Assembly (NCBI RefSeq): GCF_030684315.1
Contig: NC_081368.1
Span: 26,097,899-26,161,898 of the forward strand
Source: Stegostoma tigrinum
Lineage: Eukaryota
Reading direction: 5' to 3'
Length of the DNA stretch: 64,000 nucleotides
Under the pieces are notes generated by a model. The model had not been told where the DNA came from, searched no databases, and was given only the letters and a program-made list of their open reading frames with translations. A program made the position numbers and the translations under genes. This document shows positions 1 through 12,963 of the stretch, piece after piece (the first letter of the stretch is position 1; the number at the start of each line of letters is the position of its first letter).

Positions 1-779
1 TGGGGAGGTAGGGAGGGGATAGGTCAGTCCAGGGAAGACGGACAGGTCAAGGAGGTGGAATGAGGTTAGTAGGTAGGAAATGGAGGTGCGGCTTGGGGTA
101 GGAGGAAGGGATGGGTGAGAGGAAGAACAGGTTATGGAGGCAGAGACAGGCTGGGCTGGTTTTGGGATGCAGTGGCGGGGGAGGGGAAGAGTTGGGCTGG
201 TTGTGTGATGCAGTGGGGGGAGGGGATGAACTGGGCAGCCGAATGGTACCTCCTGCATTGCCACAATGATGCCGCCCGAAGGTTGCAGGAACAGCAACTC
301 ATATTCCGCTTGGGAACCCTGCAGCCCAATGGTATCAATGTGGACTTCACCAGCTTCAAAATCTCCCCTTCCCCCACCGCATCCCAAAACCAGCCCAGTT
401 CGTCCCCTCCCCCCACTGCATCCCAAAACCAGCCCAGCCTGTCTCTGCCTCCCTAACCTGTTCTTACTCTCACCCATCCCTTCCTCCCACCCCAAGCCAC
501 ACCTCCATTTCCTACCTACTAACCTCATCCCACCTCCTTGACCTGTCCGTCGTCCCTGGACTGACCTATCCCCTCCCTACCTCCCCACCTATACTCTCCT
601 CTCCACCTACTTTCTTTTCTCTCCAGCTTCTGTTCGCCTCCCCCTCTCTCCCTATTTATTCCAGAACCCTCACCCCATCCTCTCTCTGATGAAGGGTCTA
701 GGCCCGAAACGTCAGCTTTTGTGCTCCTGAGATGTTGCTTGGCCTGCTGTGTTCATTCAGCTCCACACTTTATTATCTT
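1..779. mobile_element. Penelope-like element (PLE) remnant with inverted arms: minus-strand 3' region (1-~236) joined to plus-strand GIY-YIG C-terminus and pLTR (~248-779)
   Basis: ORF 115..456 encodes CHNDAARRLQEQQLIFRLGTLQPNGINVDFTSFKI (PLE GIY-YIG C-terminus). 1-236 is the reverse complement of ~390-590 type sequence. Same family at 41.7-42.4, 48.0-48.6, 49.1-51.0, 58.4-59.9 and 63.5-64.0 kb. Confidence 0.9.
686..713 (+). ncRNA. Minimal type I hammerhead ribozyme motif in PLE pLTR (core intact)
   Basis: CTGATGA-A-GGGT CTAG GCCC-GAAA-C-GTC: CUGANGA box, 4-bp stem II, GAAA, palindromic ACGU in place of stem III, GUC cleavage triplet. Stem I is only ~2 bp. Confidence 0.7.
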
Positions 780-1017
780 GAAATTACAAGTCACTGTTTG
801 AACATAAATCATCTGTCCTGACGTGGATATGCTAGCAATTGAGCAAAGCTGACAGCTCATACGAGTTTTCCTTTTTAAGTAACTATATGTTTATTAAGTT
901 TTTAGTGTTGATTAGTATTTGGATTTTTTTTTCTATTCTTGCACCTGATGATATTTTAGAATTAGTTATCTTATCAATATTCTATTTGGTATAGTTATTT
1001 CTTCCTTGTTTGTTCAG

Positions 1018-1164
1018 ATCTTGCTAGCAATCCAAGTGCTGATGGCCTCCTGGAAGACTGTGACTTGTTCGGACCTGCCAGAGATGATGTGTTGGCCATG
1101 GCAGTTAAGATGGCTAATGTCTTAGATGAGCCAGGACAGGATTTAGAAGCAGATTTCCCCAAAA
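1018..1164 (+). CDS. zmym3: ZMYM3 (zinc finger MYM-type protein 3) internal exon
   Basis: ttcag|ATC...AAAA|gtaagt, phase 1/1. Encodes DLASNPSADGLLEDCDLFGPARDDVLAMAVKMANVLDEPGQDLEADFPK, matching the vertebrate ZMYM3 sequence as recalled. Confidence 0.93.
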
Positions 1165-1646
1165 GTAAGTATAAATTGTTGTTATCATTGTCCTGCTGCT
1201 ATAAAGCTGTAAAAGTAATGATGGAGTAATTTGACTCTTTTTAATTGATAAGCTTGTTTTTGTAATTTCCCAATGCAAATTTGAAAATGTTGTTTATTTG
1301 ATAGTAAACATGAGCAGAATTGAGTACAGGAGGCTTTTTACAGCTTACTCCACTTTGAACTTCATTATAATTTTATGGACTATAAAATAATACTTTACTG
1401 AGATTCACTGACATGCAAGTCAGAAAGCTGTTGTGGTGTGTGTGGATATGTCAGGTTAGTTTGTAATCTGAGCATCTGTCTTCCACGTAAAACAACAGTA
1501 CTTTACTATAGTGGAGTCATTTTTTCCATTGAAAGAATAGCTTTGCTGTTATGAAACCAAAAAAAATGATTTTCATATTTTCTCAATATTGGTATAGAAC
1601 ATTTTACAAGTATTTTAGAAATTGTTTTAATTATTTTATATTTCAG

Positions 1647-1750
1647 CCCCATTGGAACTTAACTCTGGTGTTGACTTCCTATTCGACTGTGGAATTGTAA
1701 CAACAGATGAAGAACAGCCAGAATCTGAAATCCCACGAGCAGTCAGAAGG
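1647..1750 (+). CDS. zmym3: ZMYM3 internal exon
   Basis: tttcag|CCCC...AGG|gtatga, phase 1/0. Encodes TPLELNSGVDFLFDCGIVTTDEEQPESEIPRAVRR. Confidence 0.9.
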
Positions 1751-2389
1751 GTATGATTTATGTTGGTTTTGTTTTTTGTTTGGCACAGCCACGTGACTTT
1801 CAAAAGTCAGCAGAGTCAAGTTGTAGGTTCGTCCATTTAAAACCTAATTCAAAATTGTTAAGCTGTAACAAGAACTTATTGTCATTGGTGAAAAACTCCA
1901 CAGCTACCATGATTCATTTGATAAATGTCAATGTAGAACTAAAATATACAAATTAAGAATATTTTGTAAATGTAAATGTTTCAGTCAGGAATGAAGAAAA
2001 TACGAGAACACAGCTGCTGTTGACTGATGATCCCAACTAGGAAGTAGTTGTGGCTAAGCATGCTGTGAGGACAAAATTAAATTTGGCCTGGACTACTTTC
2101 ACTTAACAAATAGGTTAATGTCACTCACTATTTTAATTCATACATCAAATGTGACCACTTGGCCAAGATACTGAAGGGCAGCTGAAAGCTGTGGAACTTA
2201 TTTCCGTCTGGGGCTGGTTAAGTTAGTCAGTTTTTGCTTTTTGATTTCAAATATAAAAGGAGGCTTAGGTTTTTTGAATGGAGAATAGAAAAATAGGGCA
2301 AAGTTTTCAGGGGAGTGTTGCAGGACTTTTCACTTCATCATAAAGACTGAATTTTGGTCTTGACTTTTTGCGTGCTTTTTGATTTGCAG

Positions 2390-2558
2390 GGTCAAAAGCG
2401 GCTGATGCTTTCAGAAAGTTGTTCCCGTGATTCTCTTGCTAGCCAACAGTGCTGTACTGGATTAAATTACTCATATGGCGTCAATGCTTGGAAGTCCTGG
2501 CTCCAGGCTAAGTATGCCAGTGGCGATACCAGTAAAAGCGAAGAGCTCAGGTTTGGAC
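2390..2558 (+). CDS. zmym3: ZMYM3 internal exon
   Basis: ttgcag|GGT...GGAC|gtaagt, phase 0/1. Encodes GQKRLMLSESCSRDSLASQQCCTGLNYSYGVNAWKSWLQAKYASGDTSKSEELRFG. Confidence 0.93.
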
Positions 2559-3880
2559 GTAAGTTCATGCTTTTGTTATGTTTCCTTTTGATGGGAGTAG
2601 TATATACCATTTATTCCCCTTTAATACTTAGGTATGAAAACCAATGGCCAAAACCCTATACCCACACCTCTGCAGGAAAACAGATCTGGACTAACTATCA
2701 ATTTTTTTTCAATAAATTATCTCTGTTCAGAAGTAAATATCAGCCACTGGGCAAACTACTTTTACTTTGTTGCTAGTTGCGATTAAATTACGAGTATCAA
2801 ATGGCGTAAGAAGGTTTGTCATGAATGAAATAATGTTGCAGATACAGTGATGAACAATTTCCTGCTTTTTTTTTGTGTTCGCTTTTATGTTTGACCTGGG
2901 AATGATTGCTGATGCTTGATGTAGAAACTGAGACCAGTGTCTGTTGCTTTGTCAATTTTTCTTTGTCAGCAGCAAAACATGCATTATTAAACAATTACAT
3001 TTTACATGAAACAAAAAGAACCAATGATAACTGTTCAGAGTGTTTAGATTTGTGGCTATCATGTTTGATATTCATTTGTATCCAGTAGGGTATGCTTACT
3101 TGACATGGCTCTACTTGTGTTATCCCTCCATAGCATTGGAAACTAGGATGTGGATAACATCTTGAAAAATCCAGAAGATTTATTATAGTTCATTTATTCC
3201 TGGAAGCATTCATGGCTTGGCTAGCATTCAGCTGGTTAGTTACAAAAAGTAGTATACTTTCTCACCACATTATACTTCAACTGGCCTAAGTTAAGGTGTA
3301 GCCCTGAGACTTCTTTACCTTCACGTCACATGCTGTGATACAGTGATGATATCGTGAGATTGTGTCTCTTAATGGTGTACTGAATGCTAACAGTCCTGTA
3401 CAGTTGAACACCTTATTGACATTCCCTGTCACAGTTCATGAGTAAACAATGAACACTTGAAGTAGGCTCCCATGAGTCACGCATGGTCATTTGCTTTAAG
3501 ATGGTAAAAAATTTGGATGCGTTAAGACAGCTATTTAAATATGTTTGAAGAATGAAAGCTTATTGGTGTGTAATCCCAATGTTTTCACTTTCATGTGTTC
3601 TTTGAGTGAAAAATACTTCTGCAACATGAACCGATCAGTACATTTTGCAACTGAAAGGGAAGATGCACGTATAGACTATTTTCTGATATGACCCAGCTCC
3701 ATACTTTCCAAGCACTTTTTTTAAAGGACTAGTTATCCAAATATGGGTGATGGTGATGATGTGACATTTGTTGTTCATTCTTAGCATCTCTGAGACGATA
3801 GTGATGAGCCACAGCTTTGTTATAATGATCATGCTTCCACAATGGTATTGTGTGGAAATTGTAGAATGTTTACCAGTGAT

Positions 3881-4187
3881 GGTGGTGGCACATTTGGCTC
3901 AGTGGTTAGCACTGCTGCCTCATTGCACCAGGAACCCAGGTTCAATTCCAGCCTCTGGTTACTGTCTGTGTGAAGTTTGCACATTCTCCCCATGTCTGCA
4001 TGGGTTTCTTCCGGGTGCTCCAGTACAAATAGGTGCAGGCTAGGTTGATTGGCCATGCTAAATTGCCCATTGTGTTCAGGAATGTGTATATTAGTTGGGT
4101 TGAGGCGGGGTGGGGTGCTCCGAGGGTCAGTGTGGGTTTGTTGAGATGAAGAACCTGTTTCCGCACTGTAGGGATTCTATGATTCTA
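3881..4187 (+). mobile_element. HE1-like tRNA-derived V-SINE
   Basis: A box TGGCTCAGTGG, B box GGTTCAATTCC, V-domain-like TTTGCACATTCTCCCC..., CR1-like tail ending CTGTAGGGATTCTATGATTCT. Several homologues in the window. Confidence 0.85.
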
Positions 4188-5034
4188 GAATAGTAGTGAC
4201 GATGGTTCAAATTAATAGTGTGGAATTGTGCCCACAATAGTGCTGCTGTTCTTGCTGATACAAGTCTTAATAAAAGGAGGCACAGTCAAAATAAATTTGA
4301 TGGATTGCTGCACCTAAGCAGGTGGTGAATGTTCCATTCACACAATACCTTGGGCTTTGCAGATAGTTGAAATACTGAGAGGATCCAGCATATGAGCCTT
4401 TTATTGCAGATTGGCTAGTCTTAGAGTTACCATTTTCATATGGCTATTTGTTTTTGTTCTAAAAAATAGGGGGCCACAATAGATATTTCACTATTCAAGT
4501 TCCAATAGCTGTAGTCACTCCCTTTTAAATTGCCTAATCCCCTATTGTTTAACTTAGCTCTAAGTGAGTTTTGGTTTGGATTGTGATCTGTTTTATCTGA
4601 TTGGTGAGTAACTCACAGCAGAGAGATTTGAGAGTTATTCAGTTCACCTGGCAAAACAATGAAATTCAGCTGAGAAATTTCATAACTGGTGTTTGGATGT
4701 TTATGCTTTTGTAGACAGCCTTTTCCTTTATGCTAGCTGAAGAAGCTTGATTTCTGTTTCCTTGTGCACTTCTTGATATTCTAAAACATGTTTTGAGCTG
4801 GAATAGGTAGCAATTTGGCAGTGGCTTGAGTTCTGAAAATCCAAGTTTTTCTGTGAAAATTATATCCTTGTTACTCTTTTGATTCATAGCCACTAAGAAT
4901 TTACAAGCTTCCTTCCATGTTAGAAATGGAGGAATTAGCCAGTGCAAGGAGCACATACATCACATCCTATTTTTTATCACATTAACCTTTATCCTAACAA
5001 CATTTTAAAAAATGTTTTTATTCTCTCCTATCAG

Positions 5035-5186
5035 CCAAACCGATGAGGATTAAAGAGGATATTTTATCCTGCACTGCTGCTGAACTAAACTACGGGCTGG
5101 CTCAATTTGTTAAAGAAGTGCAGAGGCCCAACGGGGAGCGGTACGAGCCGGATAGCGTTTACTACTTGTGTCTTGGAATTCAACAG
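5035..5186 (+). CDS. zmym3: ZMYM3 internal exon
   Basis: tatcag|CC...CAG|gtttgt, phase 1/0. Encodes PKPMRIKEDILSCTAAELNYGLAQFVKEVQRPNGERYEPDSVYYLCLGIQQ. Confidence 0.94.
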
Positions 5187-5504
5187 GTTTGTTAATAATT
5201 TCAGACTTCTTTGAGTTGTTGGCATGTCTGTCTAGAAATGGCAAAAAAACAGATTTTGTTTTTGCCACAAAGCCCTTTAAAGTTAGTTTCTGATCTGAGT
5301 GATGTATTGTTGGGGAAACAGCAAAGGACTTTAGATTCACCTTTGCACTGTGAAGGGACAAAGGGAGCTTACAATGCATGTCCCTGAAGGCATCAGGACA
5401 CATTAGTAATGTGGTCAAGAAGGCAAACTTATTTGGCCTCAGTATAGCATATAAGAGTGGAAACTTATTGCTCCCACTGTAGAAAGTCCAGCTAGAACTT
5501 AAAA

Positions 5505-5712
5505 TCCCTCCTGTGTGCAAAGAGGCCATTCAATCCATTGAGTCTGCACTGACCCTCCGTAATGTGTCCCACACAGACCCAGCCCCTCACCCTATCCCCA
5601 TAACACCACATTTTCCATGGCTAATCCACCTAACCTGCACATCTTTGGACTGAGAGAGGAAACCAGAGCACTCTGTGCTGCCTAACCTCAGTGGTTCACA
5701 CTGTTGCCGTGC
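5505..5712 (-). mobile_element. HE1-like SINE, degenerate and internally deleted
   Basis: Reverse-complement similarity to 3881-4187 and 44790-45108 (CCATGGCTAATCCACCTAACCTGCACATCTTTGGACT). Confidence 0.7.
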
Positions 5713-7844
5713 AACACTAGGCATCTGACTTAAATTGAAGTCAGAGTCTTTGTGGAGTTCTGCACAAATTTACCTATATTGGTGTGTATTTCCACCGGGT
5801 CCTTCGTTCTCCTCCCACAGACTTGTCTAGAAAGGAATATTTTAGCTCTGAGTAAAGATAGGATGTGCTGGGCTTAATTCCTTTGGTAGAGGGGACACAG
5901 AAAAATCTTAAATAATGTTTATGTGATTACGAGAAGCTGAGGCATGGACATATTTCTGTTAATAGTAATGGAGGAATAACCTGGCTGCACAAAATTAAGA
6001 GTTGATGAAGGGTTTGACAAGGACTTGAGTCAGTCTGTGGGGCAGTGCAGTAAATGCTGGGAGGTGACACTAAACTGAATATGTTTCAGTCAGTTTAACA
6101 TGTTGAGTTACATGGTCACTTCCAGTGCTGTGAAACTGATTCTTTAATTGATCTGTATGAGAAATATGCTATCACTTGGTCAGAAAAAACTGTGAATTGA
6201 GCGCAATGTTTACTCTGTTTTCTCAGTGTGCTTACCTTAAGATGGTTTCAGGCAAAGAGGGTATTCAGTACAAAAGACTACAATAAAAATGCAGTCTTTG
6301 CAGTACAACATTTAGCCTTAGTTCAAGAGAATGTGGTTGTAGCTGAAATCACTGGAGGTACAGGGAGTTGGCTGCCACAAATGATTGTAAAGGTAGAAGT
6401 TTACACTTCATTAAGAAATAGATGAAGGGCAGAAATGAATTGAATGTATAGAAGGGCCTGTTTCCATATTGTAGGGAATCTAATCTAATGTTTGTGCTAA
6501 CTGAGGATAAGGGCGGGATCATGACTAATGCAGAGCGCTCTGTAAGCAAGTGAAATGGTCGGCACTCCTTTGCTAAACCTTACCCCATTTCTTAAAAAAA
6601 ACTTTCAACAGTTTCATTTGGTCAGGTAGCCCTGTGTGACCTTATTGTGTAACACGATATTCTTTTTTTCCTCATTGTGAATCAAAATAAATCATTTTTT
6701 CACAAAGCATACATCAGTGTATAGTACAGACTTCTAAGGGGGGGATAGTTAACTCAGTGGCAGCAATGGAGGAGTGCATTGTTCGGTGCTGGAGCATTTG
6801 TGTACAGATTGAGATGTTCCTGATTCAAACCTGGGAGCCCCCCCTCCCATTCAAGATTCATTGATTTTTGAGTATGTTCGTATAGAAAACGTATCAAGTT
6901 GTTCCTTCCCTGTTTTCCGATACTAATGTGAAACATTTTTGGAATCGATTTTTTTAATATTTTGCCTTTCTAATTCTACTTTTGTTGTGCTTTTCCACTA
7001 GAGGGGGCAATTGCCTCTTTGCTGGTGCAAGCATAATCAAATATAATTTGAAGTGAATAGTCATGGCTTTATAACTTAAGCACTGTCCAGCTGAGCCAGC
7101 AAGGAGATTAATATCATTTGTACCCCACATTAGAAGGTGGGCTCTGTTAAAAATGTGAGCATTGATGCATTGCGTTGCTTTTTTGTAGAATATTTGTGTT
7201 TTCCACATAATTTATTCCTTTTCCAGTGGAACTTGAAAAGGTATTATTGTAATACTTCCTTTAGTTTTTGCAGGAGCATCTATTAACTTGTATTCCAGTA
7301 CTTCTCTAGTTTAAAACTTTGGACCTGACAGATTTTAGTAGATGGATGAATGACCACAGATATTTTAAGACTGAGATTGATAGATGTGTATACTGCGAGG
7401 ACACTTGAGTCAGGGTAAATGCACATCTTATCCAAGCCAAGATTTCTAGCATTCCTGTGCTGCAGTAAATCCCACTGGACAGAATTTTGATCATATAAAT
7501 TAATACATCTGCCAATGCATTGACTTTGGATATGTTTTTACAGTGCAGTTTTTCGGTGCAGGGTATTTTTGAAAAGTGCATTTTTAAAAAAAAAAAATCC
7601 CCTTTCAATCACTGCAATTGGTTCTTGATTCCTGTCCAAGAAAAGTTAGGTTGAGCAACACTATCTCATAACAAGGGAACACAAAATGATAGAAAACTGA
7701 CACAGATTGATGAAGTCTGTATTTCTGATGTGAATTATTATCAATTTTTTTTTGATCTTTGACCAAGCACAGTCTTTAGTGTGATCAAAAAATTTTATAT
7801 CCAAGCTTTGATTTTAAAAGTCTATAAACTAATTGGCCCAATTG

Positions 7845-8150
7845 TAGAACGTAACAGTGCTGTACAGGCCCTTCGGCCCTCAATGTTGCACTGACCTGTG
7901 AAACCAATCTGAAGCTCGTCTAACCTACACTATTCTGTTATCATCCATATGTTTATCCAGTGACCATTTAAATGCCCTTTAAAGTTATTGAGTCTACTAC
8001 TGTTGCAGGCAGGGCATTCCACGCTGTTACTACTCTCTGAGTAAAGAACCTATCTCTTGACATCTGCCCTATATTTATCACCCCTCAATTTAAACCTGTG
8101 TCCCCTCGTGCTAGCCATCATCAACCAAGGAAAAAGGTTCTCACAGTCCA
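7845..8150 (-). mobile_element. CR1-clade LINE 3' fragment
   Basis: AGAAC...ACAGGCCCTTCGGCCC tail plus an RT C-terminus-type sequence (FTQRVV-like) on the minus strand. Homologous to 14999-15196 and 36726-36871. Confidence 0.75.
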
Positions 8151-9876
8151 ATTATGATTTCCAACCATGACCAGGTCTCAGGATTACTTGAACCAGCATT
8201 CATTGAGGCTGGGAGGCGGTAGTTGTTTTTTTCTGGCCTGAGGATGAGGCGGTGTGTGCAATAATGTCATTGGTCTTAGTGGTACTTTAAAGTACGTAAT
8301 ACCCGGCTGGTGACTGACATTGCCAAAGTCCTGAAATCTGGCTTCCAAATGCTTTGTCAAGGAATATCTTTCAGAACAGATCATCACCTCAGCATCTGAA
8401 AAATGATTAGTTTGTTTTTGGATGCTGGTGAATCTCCAGTTTACCTTCCCGTATTTGTATTTGGTACATGTCTCTCTATCAAATTCAACAGTGCCCATGA
8501 TGTGCTTTTTCTCTGGCTTGACAACTGCTCTGTGCTATTAAAATATGTGCAACACATGACTGCATTTGCTTTTACAAGTACTTTCTTGTGGGAAGCAGTT
8601 GCTGATTCTCACCAAAAGAAAACATTGCCAGCTCGTGAGGTGAGGCCAAGTACTGGACTATAAATATCTTCTCTTCTGAATACAGCAGTAATTTTGGAAT
8701 TGTGATATATTTTATTCAGAAAAACGGTGCCAATTTCTAAAGTAGTCAGAGCTCAGAGTAATGACTGTTGCAACTTCTGTACAAACATGACAAGCATAAA
8801 GCATTGAATTTTTTAACATCGTTGACACTTTCCTGCTTCCTCTCCAAAGCATCTCAGTTTATCAGAGAAAAAAACTTTATACAATTTTTATTCATTAGTT
8901 CATGGATTTCAGCCTGGTGGCCCTTACACGTATTTAATTTTGCGGAAAGAGCTTGGCCAACCTTTACACTTAGATTTGTTAATAACAGCAACCAAAGATA
9001 TTCACAAATGGTATTCTGATTTAAACTCTATCATGGCTTTTAAGGTTCTATACAACTATATACCTATACAACTCTCAAAGAAAAGCTTGGATATCTTTTA
9101 TTTAAATTTTACTGTGTTGGCAGATATGTAATGCTGGATGAGCTGCACTTTTTTTTCCATTTAATTTGGGAGGACTTGAAATCATCGTCTTTGACCCCAT
9201 CACAAACTCTGTATTGTCACCACTGTCTCCATCTCCTTTCCTGTCTTTCTCTCAGTTGGGGCTCAAGGATCAACTGGAGTTGAGTTGACTGACCATGGCT
9301 AATAATACTTCAGTTTTTATTTGGTTATTCAGTTGCCTTGTATGTTTGAAAGAATAATCAACATGTTGCAGTTGGAACTGAGCTCGTAAGCAAAACTTGT
9401 GGTTTAACAAGTTTGGATTCACCATTTAACCCTGTGGAAAGAGCCATTTTTTTTGAGGCACAGTTGACCTCAAAATCTCAAATTTTAGCTGCCTGTTAAG
9501 CAGTTCTGAAGTTTAATCTTCCAAATGCTCACAGCTTATTAGTGCAAGGCAATAAAAAAAACTGGCAAGTTTCTAATTGTTGATCAATATGGGACTTTGC
9601 ACCATTATTGTCTTAATTTGCAGCTGGAATCAATGGGAATAATCTCAACTACCAGTGCAGGAATTGCTGTCAAAGTCACATTTAATCTTTCAAGCCTGTT
9701 TAGCCAGTCATGGGATTAGATTAAGAATGTTCAGGTGTTCTTGATTCTGAAGATTCCGTTCAAAAGTGCTTTTTGTTCTCCAGTTTTCTAAGTATGGCAT
9801 CTTGAAACTAATTTAAACTTTTAGACTGTTTGTTCTGTTTTCAATCATCATGTTTTCCAACCTTCATATCCTCTCG

Positions 9877-10100
9877 GATAACAAAGTGTGTAGCTGGATG
9901 AACGCAGCAGGCCAAGCAGTATCTCAGGAGCACAAAAGCTGACGTTTCGGGCCTAGACCCTTCATCACCTCTCTGATGAAGGGTCTAGGCCCGAAACATT
10001 AGCTTTTGTGCTCCTGAGATGCTGCTTGGCCTGCTGTGTTCATCCAGCTACACACTTTGTTATCTTGGATTCTCCAGCATCTGCAGTTCCCATTATCTCT
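9877..10100. mobile_element. Palindromic non-coding PLE-derived mini-element (two inverted pLTR ends plus 35-nt tail)
   Basis: ~91-bp inverted arms 9877-9967 and 9974-10064 with a 6-nt spacer, tail TGGATTCTCCAGCATCTGCAGTTCCCATTATCTCT, and flanking direct repeat TTCATATCCTCTC at 9863-9875 and 10102-10114. Confidence 0.9.
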
Positions 10101-11158
10101 TTTCATATCCTCTCAGTTCTGGTTTTTGCACCCAAAGCAAGAAAAGGATAAGGTCATTTTGTTTTTAATCAATTCATTCGCTTTCAGTAGTAGCAGTCAA
10201 GCAGTGAGAACATTGTTTTCACTGATTCATTTGTAGATCATGTTTTAGGAGATTCTATCATTGGGAACCAAACCCATGAACGTTGCATTCTGATATTCAG
10301 TCTTCATTTTCGAGCAGGCATTGTACTGAACTGTCCAGGATCTGCTTCCTTGAACAGAGTTTGATTTTAAAAAATTATGAATATTATTATTTTCAGTTAT
10401 GTACATGATTCAAGTGTATGACTATTTTTTTGATTTCTAGTTTCTTGAATATATACTATATAAAAAAAATTGCAGGGATGTGGGAACAGTAGGAGAATGG
10501 TGCATGTTGGATAGCTCTTTCAAAACTGGCAGTCGACCGACTGAGTGTCCTCCTATGCAGTAACGTTTTATTGTGATTCAGGGATAAAAGAGCTTTATTC
10601 AAATTCCCTTATGGGTTATTTATCAATTTGCCTTAGTGTGTAAAATGCAGACTTTTTCCAACAAACCTGGTGGGAAATAATCAATGCAATTAAAATCCAT
10701 TTGTATCAGTGTTTATTGAAATTGTTTAAACAAGGACATAATATTTCCCCATCACCAAGTCCTTTGGGACTGGAGACAAGTATTTCTTTCTTCTGCCACT
10801 CACTAAATCAGAACTGCTGGCTTTTTACTTGATGCATTTCCTGCAACGATGCAGCATTGGAAATAGTGTCCTGCCTAGGTATGAAATATATGATGCCTGA
10901 TTAATCTTCAGTATCTTATTATCTTAGCTAATTATTTACTCACTAATGTCTAGTATTGTGAACGTTTTCAATCAAAATGAGCTATCTGGCTTCAGTAAAA
11001 GTAAATACAGGAGCTGAAAGTATAATAAGCCTTCAAATTACAATAGATTTATCAATGTCCCTTTAGTAAATGTAAAATTGTACTTTTTTCAAGAATGAGC
11101 AATAAGGAAGTGTTTATTTCATTTCATATTTTGCTATTTCTGATTTGTTTTATTTTAG

Positions 11159-11273
11159 TTCTTGCTTGAAAACAACAGAATGGTCAACATATTCACTGAT
11201 CTTTATTACCTTACCTTTGTCCAAGAGTTGAATAAAATGCTACAAGGTTGGCAACCAAGTTTGCTTCCAAATG
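11159..11273 (+). CDS. zmym3: ZMYM3 internal exon
   Basis: ttttag|TTC...AATG|gtaagt, phase 0/1. Encodes FLLENNRMVNIFTDLYYLTFVQELNKMLQGWQPSLLPN. Confidence 0.94.
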
Positions 11274-11624
11274 GTAAGTTCAGATTTTCTATCGGTTTTA
11301 AAATTTTCATATGTCTCTGTATCTGCATCTGCACCTCTGTTGGTCGAAAATTAACCAATAACCAGATATGCCGTCAAAATGACAGTAGTTATATTTAAGC
11401 AATGCAGAAAGTGAAAATACATACTTCCTGAGGAACCCTAACCAAAACATTTCCTTCTGTAGTTAGAGCACATGTGATCAAAATAACAAAGCGGGAGTAG
11501 ACCATTTGTCCCAGCGTGTTCTACTCTATCATTCTGTACAATTATAGCTGATTTGACTGTGGTCTTAATTCCACTCCTGGCACACACGACTTTTGGCTTC
11601 CTTCTGGAACAAATGCAATTTTCT

Positions 11625-11995
11625 TTATTCTTCCCTGGGATGCGAGTGTCACTTTAAGGCAGCAATTGCTGCCCATTCACACTTGGCATTGATCTGAGTG
11701 GTTTATTTGCCATATCAAAGGGCATTTACCTAATTTCTATATGTCTGGAGTTGCATGTAGGCCAGACCAAGTGGGATGGCTGATTTCCTTCCCCAATAGG
11801 AGTATTAATGAACCAGAGAGGTTTTTAAGGATGATCAAGAGTGGTTTTAAGTTCTCAGATTTTCTGTGTTTAAATTCCAGACTCTCTTATTTGAAGTAAA
11901 TACCACCAGGCGGTGTAATTGGATTTGAACTTATCTTCTCAGAGCAAAAATCTGGGCTTCAAGAGTCTGAATCCGGTGACACTATCACTGTGCTA
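11625..11995 (-). mobile_element. tRNA-derived SINE (second family, LINE-derived 3' tail), degenerate
   Basis: Homologous to 32187-32520, 37420-37745 and 52305-52645. B box seen as GGATTTGAAC on the + strand. Confidence 0.65.
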
Positions 11996-12702
11996 CTCTG
12001 GACACATTTGAATAGATGTAGTAATTCAAATACTATACTTTGGGGTTGAGAATTCAAGAAATTAGTTTCAAATGCATCATGACTTGCTACTTCTTTCCAT
12101 GTATTCTGTTTTTGTTTGATTTCTGCCATCTAATATGTTTTCTAACTGTGTATGTGAATAATGTTTTAAAAAGTCACAGACTTGAAATGATAACCATGTT
12201 ATCATTCCAGAGATACTGCCAGTCCTGCCGCATAGTTTCCAATATTTTCTGTTATTATTTCATTTGTGAATAATGTTTAGCTCTTTGTTCCTGTCTTCTG
12301 TTAGTGCGTATATCCATGCAGTACTTACTTGTTTCCTTTTTGAGCTGGATTATAAAGGACATAATTTATTCCTTGATTTTACCCAACAAGAGACTGTTCA
12401 TCTTATTGTGATGGAGAAGGATTATGCAGGTGAATCTTGTCTGTATCTTTGCCTTTCACTCACTTCTTGCGTCCTTCTCTTCACGTGTCCTACTGTTTTA
12501 TTGTATTACAGACTAAAGAGTGTCCCCGATTTAGGAACGCCTAACTTAACAAATGCTTGCAATGAAGAATACAATTTTATACAGTGGTGTAATTTTAAAG
12601 GTCCAACATAAAGTTTCCTGTAATTACAAATAGTGACTTTATATTGTCCTGCATTGTGTTCTAAGTATATTTGTTAATATTGTGATATTGTTTCTTTTTG
12701 AG

Positions 12703-12963
12703 GTTTGATATTCTCTCGAGTAGAAGAAGAGCATCTCTGGGAATGTAAGCAACTTGGAGTATACTCGCCCTTTGTTCTACTGAACACACTGATGTTCTTT
12801 AACACCAAGTATTTTGGACTGAAGTGTGTCGAAGAGCACATGCGTCTGTCCTTCACTAATGTTGTTCGGCAGTCCAGGAAGTGCACAACACCCAGAGGAA
12901 CCACAAAGCTTGTCAGCATTCGATATTACATGCCTGCTAATTATAAAAAAGGAAGGGATCAAA
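12703..12963 (+). CDS. zmym3: ZMYM3 internal exon (DUF3504 region)
   Basis: tttttgag|GT...CAAA|gtaagt, phase 1/1. Encodes [39 protein letters not shown]...[18 protein letters not shown]...GRDQ. Confidence 0.95.

Noticed and set aside
3881-3960. tRNA genes at SINE heads (also 32440-32520, 44790, 62718)
   Set aside because: A and B boxes are followed by SINE bodies and tails, with no clean cloverleaf.
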